This document shows positions 1-11,327 of a stretch of DNA of 64,000 nucleotides, piece after piece (the first letter of the stretch is position 1; every line of letters starts with the position of its first letter). The notes below the pieces were generated by a model that saw only the letters and a program-made list of their open reading frames with translations, ran no database searches and was not told the origin of the DNA. Position numbers and translations under genes: made by a program. Source of the DNA: an uncultured Nitrospiraceae bacterium. Lineage in GTDB: Bacteria; Nitrospirota; Thermodesulfovibrionia; Thermodesulfovibrionales; UBA6898. The DNA lies in contig CAWEQH010000010.1 in NCBI GenBank assembly GCA_963811165.1, positions 800,001-864,000 of the forward strand, written 5' to 3'.

Positions 1-1
1 C

Positions 2-1336
2 CTCGGGGGCGGCACATTCGATATATCCATCCTCGAAATAGGCGAAGGCGTCATCGAAGTCAAATCCACAAACGGAGATACGTATCTTGGCGGCGACGAT
101 TTCGACCTGAGGATCCTCGACTGGATGGTGGAGGAGTTCAAGAAGGACCAGGGGATAGACCTCAAGAAAGACAAGATGGCCCTTCAAAGACTCAAAGAGG
201 CGGCCGAAAAAGCGAAGATCGAGCTCTCCACCGCGACCGAGACCGAGATCAATCTGCCGTTTGTCACGGCCGACGCCACAGGTCCGAAGCACTTGCTCAT
301 GAAAATCTCGCGGGCAAAACTCGAACAACTAGTCGGAGACCTGATCGATAAGACGACCGGCCCGTGCAAGAACGCCCTTACCGATTCGAACATTTCCGCC
401 CAGAACATCGATGAAGTCCTTCTCGTGGGAGGACAGACGAGGACTCCTAAGGTCCAGCAGGTGGTACAGAGTTTTTTTGGGAAAGAGCCGAACAAGACGG
501 TCAACCCCGATGAGGTCGTGGCGGTAGGCGCCGCGATCCAGGCGGCAGTGCTCAAAGGCGATGTGAAGGAAGTGTTGCTCCTCGACGTCACCCCGCTTTC
601 CCTTGGTATCGAGACCTTGGGCGGGATCTTCACAAAGATCATAGAAAGAAACACTACGATCCCGACGAAGAAGAGCCAGGTCTTTTCCACTGCAACTGAC
701 AACCAGCCCGCGGTTACGATCAAGATCTTCCAGGGCGAAAGGGAGATGGCCTCGGACAACAAACTTCTCGGCAACTTCGAACTGATCGGCATCCCGCCTG
801 CGCCGAGGGGCATTCCGCAGATCGAGGTGACCTTCGATATCGATGCAAACGGAATCCTGCATGTCTCGGCAAAAGACCTCGGCACAAACAAGGAACAGTC
901 CATACGGATCACTGCCTCAAGCGGTCTCAACGAAAACGAGATCAAAAACATGGTCCGTGATGCCGAGTCGCACTCCGACGAGGACAAAAAGAGAAAGCAC
1001 CTCGCCGAGGCGAGAAACAATGCCGACACCCTCGTCTACACCGTCGAGAAATCACTGAAGGATTATGGAGACAAGATCAGCGCCGACGAGAAGAAGGAAA
1101 TAGAAGAGGCGCTTGAGCAGTGCAGGAAACTGAAAGACTCCAGCAGCGACCCCGACGAGATCAAGGCCGCGACGGACCGTCTAACAACGGCCTCCCATAA
1201 GCTTGCCGAGCATATCTACAAGTCTGCGGGCGCCCAACCCCACGGCGACGGCAGCGGCACTCAGCAGGCAAAGAAAGAAGGAGAAGAAGAAGTCGTCGAG
1301 GCCGAGTTTGAAGACGTAGACAAAGACAAGAAATAG
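2..1336 (+). CDS. dnaK: Hsp70 chaperone DnaK (5' end outside window)
   Basis: Frame is open from nt 2 ([35 protein letters not shown]). Contains [36 protein letters not shown] and the C-terminal VVEAEFEDV. Confidence 0.99.
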   Translation, partial: LGGGTFDISILEIGEGVIEVKSTNGDTYLGGDDFDLRILDWMVEEFKKDQGIDLKKDKMALQRLKEAAEKAKIELSTATETEINLPFVTADATGPKHLLMKISRAKLEQLVGDLIDKTTGPCKNALTDSNISAQNIDEVLLVGGQTRTPKVQQVVQSFFGKEPNKTVNPDEVVAVGAAIQAAVLKGDVKEVLLLDVTPLSLGIETLGGIFTKIIERNTTIPTKKSQVFSTATDNQPAVTIKIFQGEREMASDNKLLGNFELIGIPPAPRGIPQIEVTFDIDANGILHVSAKDLGTNKEQSIRITASSGLNENEIKNMVRDAESHSDEDKKRKHLAEARNNADTLVYTVEKSLKDYGDKISADEKKEIEEALEQCRKLKDSSSDPDEIKAATDRLTTASHKLAEHIYKSAGAQPHGDGSGTQQAKKEGEEEVVEAEFEDVDKDKK

Positions 1337-1351
1337 CAAAACGTTTATAAT

Positions 1352-1390
1352 AAAAGGGTTCGACGGCCCACGGGCAGTCGGACCCTTTTT
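1352..1390 (+). terminator. Intrinsic terminator-like hairpin after dnaK
   Basis: AAAAGGGTTCGAC...GTCGGACCCTTTTT inverted repeat with T tail. Confidence 0.7.
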
Positions 1391-1438
1391 ATATTCGTGA
1401 GATATACTATTCCGACCGAAAGAAAGTAAACTACTGAT

Positions 1439-2545
1439 ATGAAAGATTACTACGGGTTACTCGGCGTTTCAAAAGACGCATCCGAGGCCGAACTTAAGAA
1501 AGCGTTCCGGCAGCTTGCCATGAAATACCACCCCGACAGGAACCCGGGAGACAAGGCATCAGAGGAAAAATTCAAAGAGATCAATGAGGCGTATTCCTGC
1601 CTGAGCGACTCCACAAAGAGGGCAAACTATGACCGCTACGGGTCGGCCGAGGGCCCGGGCGGGACAGGCTACGGCCCCTTCGCCTCAGGCGCCGGGTTCG
1701 GGAATGTCTTTGAAGACATCTTCGGGGATTTCTTCGGCGCATTCGGCGGCCAGGGAAGACAGCGGCCGACGAAGGGAGATGATCTCAGATACGACCTGTC
1801 AATAACTCTTTCCGAGGCGGTTTTCGGCATTGAGAAGATCGTCGAGTTTGCCCGTCTGGAGGAGTGCGGGGAGTGCAAAGGGTCCGGGTCCGAGCCGGGG
1901 AAGCAACCTGTTGTCTGTCCTTCGTGCAAGGGCGCAGGGCAGGTCCGCTTTCAGCAGGGATTCTTCAGCGTCTCAAAGACGTGCGGCAAATGCTATGGGG
2001 CGGGTAAGATCATCTCACACCCGTGTAAAAACTGCAAGGGGCACGGAAAAGTCGAGAAGATGAAGAGTATCAGCGTGAAAATCCCTGCCGGCGTCGACAG
2101 CGCTTCGAGGCTGAAGGTGTACGGCGAAGGCGAACCGGGCTTATACGGCGGCCCCAAGGGCGACCTCTACATCGTACTGAACGTCCAGGAACATCAGTTT
2201 TTCAAAAGAGAAGGTACCGAGATCTTCTGTGAGGTGCCGGTCTCTTTTGCTCAGGCCGCGCTCGGGGCCGAGATCGAAGTCCCCACGCTCGACGGGACCT
2301 CAAAGATAAAGATCCCGGCCGGGACCCCCTCAGGCAGGCTCTTTTATCTGAAGGGGAAAGGAGCGCCGCGTGTGGGCGGTCATCAAAGGGGCAGCCAGGC
2401 AGTAAAAATATATATAGACGTTCCGAAGAAGCTCACCCCCAGACAAAAAGAACTGCTCGAAGAATTCTCCTCGATAAACGGCGATGAGGTCTCAAAGAGT
2501 TTCAAGGAAAAGTTAAAGGACCTTTTCTCCGGAGTCGAACACTGA
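1439..2545 (+). CDS. dnaJ: Chaperone DnaJ
   Basis: J domain with HPD, G/F-rich region and four CxxCxGxG zinc repeats. Confidence 0.99.
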   Translation: MKDYYGLLGVSKDASEAELKKAFRQLAMKYHPDRNPGDKASEEKFKEINEAYSCLSDSTKRANYDRYGSAEGPGGTGYGPFASGAGFGNVFEDIFGDFFGAFGGQGRQRPTKGDDLRYDLSITLSEAVFGIEKIVEFARLEECGECKGSGSEPGKQPVVCPSCKGAGQVRFQQGFFSVSKTCGKCYGAGKIISHPCKNCKGHGKVEKMKSISVKIPAGVDSASRLKVYGEGEPGLYGGPKGDLYIVLNVQEHQFFKREGTEIFCEVPVSFAQAALGAEIEVPTLDGTSKIKIPAGTPSGRLFYLKGKGAPRVGGHQRGSQAVKIYIDVPKKLTPRQKELLEEFSSINGDEVSKSFKEKLKDLFSGVEH

Positions 2546-2551
2546 TCCTCC

Positions 2552-3298
2552 ATGCCCAGACTGTTTCTGCCTGACTCCGATCTCAATTCCCGTTTTGTTA
2601 CCCTCAGGGGCGCCAAGGCGCGATATCTGGCGACAGTGCTTCGCTGTCGCGCGGGCGACCCCCTCTCCATACACGACGATAAGGGAAACGCCTATTCCTC
2701 GGTAATAACAAGTGTGACCGGTAAGGAAGTGACCGCAGAGCTGATAGAAAAAACCGACTTTCAGACCGAATCGGGACTGAAGGTAACGCTTCTTCAAGGG
2801 CTCCTCAAGGGGGAGAAGATGGACCTCGTCATCCAGAAGGCAACTGAACTGGGGGTAAAGGAGATCGTTCCTGTCGTCACCGCAAGATGCCAGGTGAGAG
2901 AGACGAGGAAGACGGCCCGCTGGATGAAGATAGCCGAGGAGGCATCAAGACAGGCGGGAAGGAATTTGGTGCCCCTCGTCCGAGAGACTGTCGCGTTTGA
3001 CAGGCTTGGGTCCGTTTCTTTGCCGGAGGGCATCATATTTTGGGAGCAGGGAGGAGACGGCCTGAGTGACACGTTAAAGAGATTCAGTGGTCGCGGCAGC
3101 ATATCCCTCTTTACCGGTCCGGAGGGAGGGTTTTCAGAAGAGGAAATAAGATCTGCCGCGGAAAAGGGTTTCGTCAGGGCCACCCTGGGCAGGAGGATAC
3201 TGCGGGCGGAGACCGCCGCGATAACAGTGGTGGCGATCACTCAATTTGTATTGGGGGACATGGGCGTACAGGCGCCTCTAGATAATGGGTCCGCTTGA
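2552..3298 (+). CDS. rsmE: 16S rRNA m3U1498 methyltransferase RsmE
   Basis: KATELGV, GPEGGFS and LGRRILRAETA motifs; usual position after dnaJ. Confidence 0.96.
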   Translation: MPRLFLPDSDLNSRFVTLRGAKARYLATVLRCRAGDPLSIHDDKGNAYSSVITSVTGKEVTAELIEKTDFQTESGLKVTLLQGLLKGEKMDLVIQKATELGVKEIVPVVTARCQVRETRKTARWMKIAEEASRQAGRNLVPLVRETVAFDRLGSVSLPEGIIFWEQGGDGLSDTLKRFSGRGSISLFTGPEGGFSEEEIRSAAEKGFVRATLGRRILRAETAAITVVAITQFVLGDMGVQAPLDNGSA

Positions 3299-3352
3299 AA
3301 CGACCGGTTTGGCGCCGGTGGATAATCATGTATACTATTTAAGAAACGGATA

Positions 3353-4645
3353 ATGACACTCGAAATATTTTTCATCTTTATCTTCTTGCTCTTAAACGGG
3401 TTCTTCGCCGCATCGGAGATCGCCGTCGTCACCGCGAGAAAGTCTTTCGTCAAACAGCTTTTTGACAAAGGGAGCCGCCGGGCCGGAGTGCTCATGAAGC
3501 TCCAGGCTGAACCCGACAGGCTCCTCGCCACCGTCCAGATAGGCGTTACGGTCATGGGGTCTATCGCTTCGGCAATAGGCGGCGCCGCTTCGGTCAAGAT
3601 ACTCAAACCTCTGCTGGCGACCCTGCCGGTCCCCTTCATCGCATCAGTGGCCGAACCGCTATCCCTGGCGATCACCGTCATCGTGATCTCCTACTTTATG
3701 CTTATCATCGGGGAACTCGTGCCGAAATCGATCGCGCTGAGAAACCCCGAAAAAATCGGCCTTGTCGTCGCCCGTCCTATATCTTTTATCTCCAAGATCG
3801 CGTCCGTCTTCGTGACAGTCCTTACCAAAAGCACGAATCTCATCCTGAGCCCCTTCGGGACAAAGGCATATTCGGAGCGCTCCTTCATCAGCGAAGAGGA
3901 GATCAAACTTCTCATAGAAGAGGGAAAAGACAGGGGTATATTCGAGCCGACCGAACAGGAACTCATCCACAGCGTGTTCCGTTTTACCGACATATCCGTC
4001 AAGGGCGTGATAGTGCCTTCCACCCAGATGGTCGCATTCAATATAAACGATTCCCCCGAGACGATCATCAGAAGGATCGCGGAGGAGAACTTTTCGAGAT
4101 ACCCGGTATACGATAAGGACAGGTCCGACATTAAGGGCATTCTCTACAGCAAAGACGTATTCAACGCGCTCGCCTATAAGAGGGAATTCAAGATTGCGGA
4201 CCTGCTGCACTACGCACTCTTTGTTCCGGAAAGCATGAAGATCAGCACCCTGATGAGGGACATGCAGAAAAAGAGGCTGCATATGGGAATTGTCGTCGAC
4301 GAATACGGTGCGGTCGCGGGTCTCGTGACTATCGAGGACCTTCTCGAGGAGATCGTCGGGGAGATCAGGGACGAATATGACACCGAAAGTCCGGTGCAGA
4401 CGCTCAAAAACGGCGCCATGCTCATCGATGCCTCTCTGGCGATCCGGGACCTAAACGAAGACTACCATTTCGATATCCCGGAGTCGAACGAATACGATAC
4501 TCTAGGAGGGTATCTGCTCTCGAATTTTCAGCGGCTCCCTTCGGTGGGGGACAGTCTGAACACCGATTCACGCAAATTCACCATAGAGAGTATGAAGGGC
4601 CGCCGCATTCTCAAAGTGCGGGCCGAAGCCCGGCAGGAGTCGTGA
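3353..4645 (+). CDS. Hemolysin/CNNM-family protein (DUF21-CBS-CorC)
   Basis: NGFFAASEIA, GELVPKSIAL, FSRYPVY, VVDEYGAVAGLVTIEDLLEEIVGEIRDEYD. Confidence 0.93.
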   Translation: MTLEIFFIFIFLLLNGFFAASEIAVVTARKSFVKQLFDKGSRRAGVLMKLQAEPDRLLATVQIGVTVMGSIASAIGGAASVKILKPLLATLPVPFIASVAEPLSLAITVIVISYFMLIIGELVPKSIALRNPEKIGLVVARPISFISKIASVFVTVLTKSTNLILSPFGTKAYSERSFISEEEIKLLIEEGKDRGIFEPTEQELIHSVFRFTDISVKGVIVPSTQMVAFNINDSPETIIRRIAEENFSRYPVYDKDRSDIKGILYSKDVFNALAYKREFKIADLLHYALFVPESMKISTLMRDMQKKRLHMGIVVDEYGAVAGLVTIEDLLEEIVGEIRDEYDTESPVQTLKNGAMLIDASLAIRDLNEDYHFDIPESNEYDTLGGYLLSNFQRLPSVGDSLNTDSRKFTIESMKGRRILKVRAEARQES

Positions 4646-4694
4646 TGTCCTGCTGCCTCGGGTTGCCCAGTTAGGGAAGGACCCCTCGCAGGGT

Positions 4695-5183
4695 TTACAG
4701 GGCGCAGCATTTTTTGAATTTCTTGCCGCTTCCGCATGGGCACGGGTCGTTACGCCCGGTTTTGGGGGCCGCACGAACAACCGGTTTAGGCGGCACGACT
4801 TCTCCGCTTATGAAGTACCATACCCCGTCTTCTTTTGTGAAAGTGGCCTCTTCATGGTGATTTTTCTTGATCCCCTTCTCCGTATACGATGCGACAAATT
4901 CGACCCGGCCTTCGCTGTCTTCAGGTCCGCCGCCTGCCGTTTTCAGGATCTCCAGGTTATGCCATTCGGCGCCTTCGGCCCAGGAACGGGTGCTTTTCTC
5001 ATCGAAGTCCGACCGGTGGCCGGGATGAAGGGACGAAAGGAGGTAGCCGATTTCCTTCCTGACGTACGCGCTATAACGGGAGCGCATGACTTGTTCAGCA
5101 GTCGTCGCAAGTCTCTCACCTTTGATGAGCGGCAGGCAGCATTCCTCGTAGGGCAGGTTTGATCCGCAGGGGCATGTATCCAT
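4695..5183 (-). CDS. ychJ: YchJ-family protein with SEC-C motifs
   Basis: N-terminal [14 protein letters not shown]-terminal [18 protein letters not shown]. Confidence 0.92.
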   Translation of the reverse strand: MDTCPCGSNLPYEECCLPLIKGERLATTAEQVMRSRYSAYVRKEIGYLLSSLHPGHRSDFDEKSTRSWAEGAEWHNLEILKTAGGGPEDSEGRVEFVASYTEKGIKKNHHEEATFTKEDGVWYFISGEVVPPKPVVRAAPKTGRNDPCPCGSGKKFKKCCAL

Positions 5184-5248
5184 TATCGACTCCTTTACAT
5201 AACATTCGAGATTATATCAGAACAAATATGTTCGGTTGATTTCAAAAA

Positions 5249-6049
5249 CTACTTAAAGCTCGTATCGTCCGAAGGGAATATCCCTTTTTCAACCTCTTCC
5301 CTGTAGTCCCTGACCGCCTTCAGGGCCGACTCTTTGAGGTTCGCGTAACGCTTCACAAACTTGGGGACGAACCTTTCGAACATGCCGATAACATCGTGAA
5401 GCACCAGTATCTGACCATCGCAGAACGGTCCGGCGCCTATGCCTATCGTAGGGATCGATAACTCCTCCGTGATCTTTTTTGAAAGACCCATCGGGATCGC
5501 CTCAAGAAGAAGTGAAAATGCCCCCGCATCTTCGGCAATATGTGCCTCTTCGATCAGCCTTGCTGCGGCCTCTTCTGTTTTGCCCTGGACCTTGTATCCT
5601 CCCATCCTGTGTATCGACTGCGGAGTCAGCCCGATATGCGCCATCACAGGGATATCGGAGCGCGTCATCGCCCTGATCCGGTCCGCCACTTCGGCGCCCC
5701 CTTCAAGTTTTATTGCCGAGGCGCCTGCCTCCTTTAAAAATCTCCCCGCGTTTCTGACCGCGTCCTCTATACTCGCCTGATACGACATGAACGGCATATC
5801 CCCTATGACCAGCGCGGTTTTCACCGCCCGCGTCACCAGCCTCGTGTGATAGATCATCTCATCCATGGTGACCGGAAGGGTATTGTCAAGCCCCTGAACG
5901 ACCATACCGAGGGAGTCACCGACCAAAACACCGTCGACGCCCGCCTCATCCACTATCTGCGCAAAGGGATAGTCATATGCCGTGAGCATCGATATCTTCC
6001 TGCCTTCGGTCTTCTTCCTGAGAAAGTCCTGAATCGTTATCTTCGGCAT
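5249..6049 (-). CDS. panB: 3-methyl-2-oxobutanoate hydroxymethyltransferase
   Basis: [28 protein letters not shown]; start placed at ATG 6049 (MPKITIQ) after AGGAG. Confidence 0.97.
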   Translation of the reverse strand: MPKITIQDFLRKKTEGRKISMLTAYDYPFAQIVDEAGVDGVLVGDSLGMVVQGLDNTLPVTMDEMIYHTRLVTRAVKTALVIGDMPFMSYQASIEDAVRNAGRFLKEAGASAIKLEGGAEVADRIRAMTRSDIPVMAHIGLTPQSIHRMGGYKVQGKTEEAAARLIEEAHIAEDAGAFSLLLEAIPMGLSKKITEELSIPTIGIGAGPFCDGQILVLHDVIGMFERFVPKFVKRYANLKESALKAVRDYREEVEKGIFPSDDTSFK

Positions 6050-6144
6050 CGTCCGCTCCTTGAACGCCTCACTGTATTTCAATAATAATAGGGCTTCTCG
6101 ACGCATATTATCAAGATATCGGGCCCGTTGTGTTATACTTTTTC

Positions 6145-6771
6145 ATGGGCGAACGAACCTACTACCAGCCGCTGACCAGGGAAGACAGAATCACCGTGGT
6201 CCTGTACAGGACGGGCATTTTTCTTTCGACCGTGACGATCTGCCTGGCGGCAGTTCTGGCGGTTATCGGTTTGGGCCGGCCCGAAGTCCTTGAGTATCCG
6301 GTCATCTCATCGGGACTTGCGATGGACATTCTCCTTCTCATTTTATATTTTAGCGTCGGACTGAGCGTATTTTTTATCCATCTTTATGTCGGCAAATTCC
6401 ACAGGGTCCTTAAGAAGATATATTACCTCTCAGTGGCGTTTCTCGCAGTCCTTTTCTATACGGGCGGAGGGAATCCTGCGGTCTCATTATTTTCCGGTTC
6501 GGGGCATGAACTGCTCCTTCTGATCCCGATCTCCCTATGCCTCGGCTTTGTTACGGCCAAAGAGGCTTTCTGTTTTCAGCTCGTTGAAGGATATCTCCTT
6601 GCACTGTTGATGCCGGCTTATCTTTTCTTTTATGCGGTCGGCGCGTTGTCCCGCCAAACAGCAGTATACGGTCTTATTCTTATTGCCGCACTGTTTCTCC
6701 TTTTCATGATCAGGAAAATCTTTATGCCGCTTGACTTCGACATCGGGGACAAATCGGCATATCAGCCGTAG
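6145..6771 (+). CDS. Integral membrane protein (DUF2301-like)
   Basis: Several TM segments, IHLY, AKEAFCF, C-terminal DIGDKS. Confidence 0.7.
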   Translation: MGERTYYQPLTREDRITVVLYRTGIFLSTVTICLAAVLAVIGLGRPEVLEYPVISSGLAMDILLLILYFSVGLSVFFIHLYVGKFHRVLKKIYYLSVAFLAVLFYTGGGNPAVSLFSGSGHELLLLIPISLCLGFVTAKEAFCFQLVEGYLLALLMPAYLFFYAVGALSRQTAVYGLILIAALFLLFMIRKIFMPLDFDIGDKSAYQP

Positions 6772-6978
6772 TTACTCTGCAAGCACCAAGAAACGGGGAA
6801 ACTAACAACGATTGTTCGGAACCCCGAAAGAGTGATTGAATTGCTCCGCCAGATCAAGGGGTTCTCTGATATGCCTACTTTTTGGGCAGCACAAGTTGCC
6901 GATAAATAAGGAAAAGTAAACTGCGGGACGTCACCAGTAAAGTCAAGGCATTTTAAGCGGCTCCGACTTTTTCTTCAT

Positions 6979-7006
6979 AAAAAAAGGGCGGAATTTTCTT
7001 CCGCCC
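6979..7006 (-). terminator. Intrinsic terminator after folD
   Basis: Minus strand reads GGGCGGAA-GAAAA-TTCCGCCC followed by a T run. Confidence 0.75.
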
Positions 7007-7031
7007 CCCGGAATCTAACTTAATTACGGTC

Positions 7032-7940
7032 CTACTTGATCCCTGCGTGCAATTTCGCCGACTTGACGGTGTTCTTCATAAGCATAGTGATCGTCATAGG
7101 CCCTACCCCCCCCGGTACAGGCGTGATCGCTCCGGCAATCTCCTTTGCCGCATCGAAATCAACATCACCCTTGAGGATCGGCACCATCTTGCCGGTCTTC
7201 TCGCTTTTCTTCTCTCCAACGCGGTTCACCCCTACATCGATTACGCAGGCGCCCGGCTTGATCCACTCAGGTTTCACAAGGCCCGGCACACCTGCCGCAA
7301 CGATAAGGATATCTGCGCGTTTGCAGTGCGTCTCCATGTTCTTGGTCCCCGTGTGCACGACCGTGACCGTAGAGTTTGCGCCCTTGCCCTTTTGGAGCAT
7401 TATGTTTGCGATGGGCTTTCCGACAATGTTTGAGCGGCCGACAACGACAACCTCCGCTCCGGATGTCTCGAATCCGGAACGTACTATCAGCTCCTGGATA
7501 CCGGCAGGCGTGCAGGGAAGGAACTTCGCCTCGTCCCCGCCGATCATCAGACGGCCGACATTGACCGGGTGGAATCCATCGACGTCCTTGTCCGGATCGA
7601 TGGCGTTCAAGACCCTCTTTTCAGCGATATGCTTAGGAAGGGGAAGCTGGACAAGAATGCCGTGTACCTTCGGGTCCTTGTTGTACTTGTCAATGAGTTT
7701 GAGCAGGTCGGCCTCGGATATGTCCTCGGGCTGATCGTCCTGTATCGAAAAGAAACCGATCTCGTCCGCGGCCTTATGCTTCCCGGTAACATAGCTGACC
7801 GACGCCGGGTTTTTACCGACTAAAATGGTGACGAGCCCCGGGACCAACCCGTGTTTCTCCTTCATCACGGCGACTTCCTTCTTGAGTTCTTCCCTTATCT
7901 GCGCGGCGATCTCCGTACCGCTTATGATTTTTGCTGCCAT
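7032..7940 (-). CDS. folD: Bifunctional methylene-THF dehydrogenase/cyclohydrolase
   Basis: GILVQLPLP, KDVDGFHP, PCTPAG, GRSNIVGKP, TPVPGGVGPMT. Confidence 0.98.
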   Translation of the reverse strand: MAAKIISGTEIAAQIREELKKEVAVMKEKHGLVPGLVTILVGKNPASVSYVTGKHKAADEIGFFSIQDDQPEDISEADLLKLIDKYNKDPKVHGILVQLPLPKHIAEKRVLNAIDPDKDVDGFHPVNVGRLMIGGDEAKFLPCTPAGIQELIVRSGFETSGAEVVVVGRSNIVGKPIANIMLQKGKGANSTVTVVHTGTKNMETHCKRADILIVAAGVPGLVKPEWIKPGACVIDVGVNRVGEKKSEKTGKMVPILKGDVDFDAAKEIAGAITPVPGGVGPMTITMLMKNTVKSAKLHAGIK

Positions 7941-8073
7941 CCTTTTCTCCTCCTTTATTTGATATCGGTGATCGAGTACACGTTATCGTGCCAGTCTTTA
8001 AAGAAAACGCTCAATGATCGTATTCAATATCGGCACTGTTTTTCCTGACACGGACACTAATCGCTGACACTTT

Positions 8074-8637
8074 TCAGTCTTTTCTTTTTATGAGTTCGAG
8101 TAATTCCTGCCTAGTTGATTCCTTGGACCTGAAGATGCCCCGCACCGCGGAGGTGACCGTCCTGGCCCCGGGCTTCTTCATCCCCCTCATCGAAAGGCAG
8201 AGATGCTCAGCGTCGATAATGACCATCGCGCCCTTGGGCTTCAGCTTCGTCATGATCATGTCGGCGAGCTGCGCGGTAAGCCGCTCCTGCACCTGGGGTC
8301 TTTTTGCAAATATTTCGACCGCCTTCGCAAGTTCGCCGATCCCTGCTATCTTGCCCGCACCGGGCACGTACGCCACATGGGCCTTCCCGATAAAGGGAAG
8401 CAGATGATGTTCACAGACTGAATAAAAGGGAATATCTTTGAGGAGTACCAATTCGTCATGGCTTTCCCCTTCTATATGCTGCAGTATTTCCTCTGTCGGG
8501 GTCTTAAGACCTGAAAATATCTCCTGGTACATCCTGGCAACGCGCTCGGGCGTGCCCTTCATTCCGGGCCTTTCGGGGTCTTCGCCGATGCCCTCGATAA
8601 TAAGCCTCACACCTTTTTCAATCTTTTTTAGATTCAT
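8074..8637 (-). CDS. folE: GTP cyclohydrolase I
   Basis: [33 protein letters not shown]. Confidence 0.97.
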   Translation of the reverse strand: MNLKKIEKGVRLIIEGIGEDPERPGMKGTPERVARMYQEIFSGLKTPTEEILQHIEGESHDELVLLKDIPFYSVCEHHLLPFIGKAHVAYVPGAGKIAGIGELAKAVEIFAKRPQVQERLTAQLADMIMTKLKPKGAMVIIDAEHLCLSMRGMKKPGARTVTSAVRGIFRSKESTRQELLELIKRKD

Positions 8638-9022
8638 CAGTTTAATTATAAGCGATTTTTATGAATTGATAAATAATTATTAACATTTTACCATCAGTTC
8701 AATAAAGATGGAAGAAAATAAATCACTAAACCGAAGCGTCTTACTATACCATTTCCCGCCGAAAATTCACATCCGTCGTAACAAAAAATTAGTTCGAATA
8801 ACTTCCCTGCAGTGATCCGTTTCAGCAGTTGCCTAACGGGGAAATCATCTCTCCGACGTCATCCTGTTTTAAGCAACCCATAAAAAGTCGGTGCGGAGGT
8901 TGTCCTTCACCCGCGGGATATAGTAAATTAGAACGTCTTCTTACCATTAATAAGACAATCCGTATGTCGGCCTTTACCTGTCACACCAGGCGGCAGGAAT
9001 ATATTAAAGGAGAGGGAACCCC

Positions 9023-9523
9023 ATGACAAAGGCAACGAAAAGAGTTACCAGGGCGGCGGCAAAACCGGCGGCAAATAAGGCCCTTTTAGTTAAGAAGCCG
9101 GCAGGGCCTTCGTTTACGGCCAAGACAGCAAAAGAGATTACGGCAACATTCGTTGATTCTGTCGGATTGACCGCAAAAGTGGCCTCTGCCCTTGCAGCTG
9201 AGAATGTAAACATTCTCGCCGGCACCGGATACTCGGCCAGCGGTTCGCGACGCAAAGCTATCTTTACCCTGATCGTGGACGATCTTGTAAAGGCGGAGAA
9301 GGCCCTTGATAAGATCGGGGCAGATGAAATACAGGATTCGTCGGTCATCGTCGTAGAGACGGCAAACAAGGTGGGTGCGCTTGAGAGGATATCCAGGATC
9401 ATTGCAAACGCCGGCATCATGATCTACTATTTCTACTCAACAACCAGTTCCGGAAAGACGGCGACATGTGTGTTTAAGACGGCCGACGACAAGAAATCAA
9501 TCAAGGCCTTGCATGCGTCATAA
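9023..9523 (+). CDS. Tandem ACT-domain protein with K/A-rich N-terminal tail
   Basis: Two ACT-like repeats (DSVGLTAKVASALAAENVNI; NKVGALERISRIIANAGIMI). Confidence 0.75.
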   Translation: MTKATKRVTRAAAKPAANKALLVKKPAGPSFTAKTAKEITATFVDSVGLTAKVASALAAENVNILAGTGYSASGSRRKAIFTLIVDDLVKAEKALDKIGADEIQDSSVIVVETANKVGALERISRIIANAGIMIYYFYSTTSSGKTATCVFKTADDKKSIKALHAS

Positions 9524-9622
9524 AAAGGGTATTCCATGGAGACGCAGGAAAAAATATAGGGTCTTCAAAATCGCGGCCTGGTCCGCAGATTTCATTACCA
9601 TATAATTTTCAGGAGGTATTGA

Positions 9623-10180
9623 ATGCCGAAGGTTGTGGTACCCCTTGCAGAGGGGTTTGAAGAGATAGAGGCTATGGCGATCATCGATGTCCTCAGGAGG
9701 GCCGGGATAGAGGTAACGGTCGCAGGGCTGCATAGCGGTCCTATCGAGAGCGCGCGTCGCGTGAAAGTCGTACCCGATACCACGATAGAGCTGATAACCT
9801 CGGACGATTTCGATATGATTATCCTGCCGGGCGGCCAGCCGGGGGCCGATAACCTCAAAGCGAGCGGGAAGGTCGAGAATCTTATTCGGGATTTCCATAG
9901 CAAAGGAAAGCTTACCGGCGCGATATGTGCGGCGCCTTACGTGCTTGCGGCCGCCGGGATTCTCGAAGGCAAAAAGGCAACGTGCTATCCGTCATACAGC
10001 GGAAAGCTGGCGGGTGCAATCTATCAGGAAAAAACCGTTGTGGAAGACGGAAAGATCATGACCAGCCGGGGCCCCGGCACCGCGGTTTGTTTTGCCCTTG
10101 CGATTGTCGAGAAACTCGTCGGCAAGGAAAAGGCGGATGCGGTAAAAGAGGCGATGCTGATCAGAGACGACTGCCGCTAG
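9623..10180 (+). CDS. DJ-1/PfpI (YajL/ThiJ) family protein
   Basis: GFEEIEA, LPGGQPG, AICAAP, TSRGPGTA. Confidence 0.93.
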   Translation: MPKVVVPLAEGFEEIEAMAIIDVLRRAGIEVTVAGLHSGPIESARRVKVVPDTTIELITSDDFDMIILPGGQPGADNLKASGKVENLIRDFHSKGKLTGAICAAPYVLAAAGILEGKKATCYPSYSGKLAGAIYQEKTVVEDGKIMTSRGPGTAVCFALAIVEKLVGKEKADAVKEAMLIRDDCR

Positions 10181-10197
10181 ACACTATTCATGACCTT

Positions 10198-11229
10198 TTA
10201 TGAAGTATGGAGTTTGGCAGACTTCATGAAGCCTTCGAGCGCGGAGATCCTTTTTTTGAGCGTCTCGAACTCCTTAAAGTGAAGCGACTGCGGCCCATCT
10301 GATAGCGCGTGTTCGGGATCGGGATGGACCTCGATCATCACACCATGGGCGCCGACCACAACAGCCGCAAGCGCCATCGGGGAAACCAGATTTCGCTTGC
10401 CGGTGGCATGGCTTGGGTCAAAGATCACAGGCAGATGCGAGATCGATTTGACCAGCGGAATTATTGAAAGGTCGGCCGTGTTCCTCGTGGAGGGTTCGAA
10501 GGTCCTGATCCCCCTTTCGCAGAGGGCCACATTGGGATTGCCCCCTAGGAGGATATATTCGGCCGAGCCCAGCCATTCTTCGACCGTAGCCGAAAGCCCG
10601 CGCTTAAGGATGACCGGCTTCTTTGTCTTCCCCACCTCGGTGAGAAGATCGTAATTTTGCATATTTCTCGCCCCGATCTGGAGGATGTCGACCTTTTCAG
10701 CCACCATCCCTACATGCTCGGGACTCATTACCTCGGTGACGACCAGGATGCCGACGTCTTTTCTCACCGAATCGAGAAGCTCAAGTCCCTTTTCCCTCAG
10801 ACCCTGAAAACTGTGAGGGCTCGTCCGGGGCTTGTATGCGCCACCCCTTAATATATCGACCCCTCTTTTTTTCAAGAAACGGGCCGTCTTAAATATCTGC
10901 AGCCTGTCCTCTATCGCGCAGGGGCCGGCGATGACTGTAAAAGGTGATTTTCCCCCTATCCTGAACCCTCCCGGCAGTTTGATGACGGTATCAGCCGGGT
11001 GGAAGTCCCTGCTGACCAATTTGTAGGGCTTCGTGACATGGATGATTTCCATTACGGCCCTGATGTCCCTTAACGTCGAGTCTTCGACCCACCCCTGATT
11101 TCCTATCACACCTATGGCGGTCCTCTCCGCCCCCGGGATAGCTACGGGCTTAAGTCCGAGCCGGGCAATCGTCTTTTTTACAGTCTCAACGTCTCTGCTG
11201 GTGGCCCAGTGATGCATTACAATCAGCAT
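10198..11229 (-). CDS. aroF: DAHP synthase, class I-beta with N-terminal regulatory domain
   Basis: IAGPCAIE, RGGAYKPRTSPHSFQG, QIGARNMQN, DPSHATG, ALSDGPQ. Confidence 0.95.
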   Translation of the reverse strand: MLIVMHHWATSRDVETVKKTIARLGLKPVAIPGAERTAIGVIGNQGWVEDSTLRDIRAVMEIIHVTKPYKLVSRDFHPADTVIKLPGGFRIGGKSPFTVIAGPCAIEDRLQIFKTARFLKKRGVDILRGGAYKPRTSPHSFQGLREKGLELLDSVRKDVGILVVTEVMSPEHVGMVAEKVDILQIGARNMQNYDLLTEVGKTKKPVILKRGLSATVEEWLGSAEYILLGGNPNVALCERGIRTFEPSTRNTADLSIIPLVKSISHLPVIFDPSHATGKRNLVSPMALAAVVVGAHGVMIEVHPDPEHALSDGPQSLHFKEFETLKKRISALEGFMKSAKLHTS

Positions 11230-11327
11230 GATAAGCTCCCTTCTGTTATTGTTGGAATTTTACATGACCGAAGGGAAAATAGTAAAACTTGAACGCGCCC
11301 TGTTCTGTGCTAACCTTTATAAGGACG

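Noticed and set aside
7941..8073. THF or ZTP riboswitch upstream of folD
   Set aside because: Some short pairings and GACTGGC are present, but there is no convincing consensus match.
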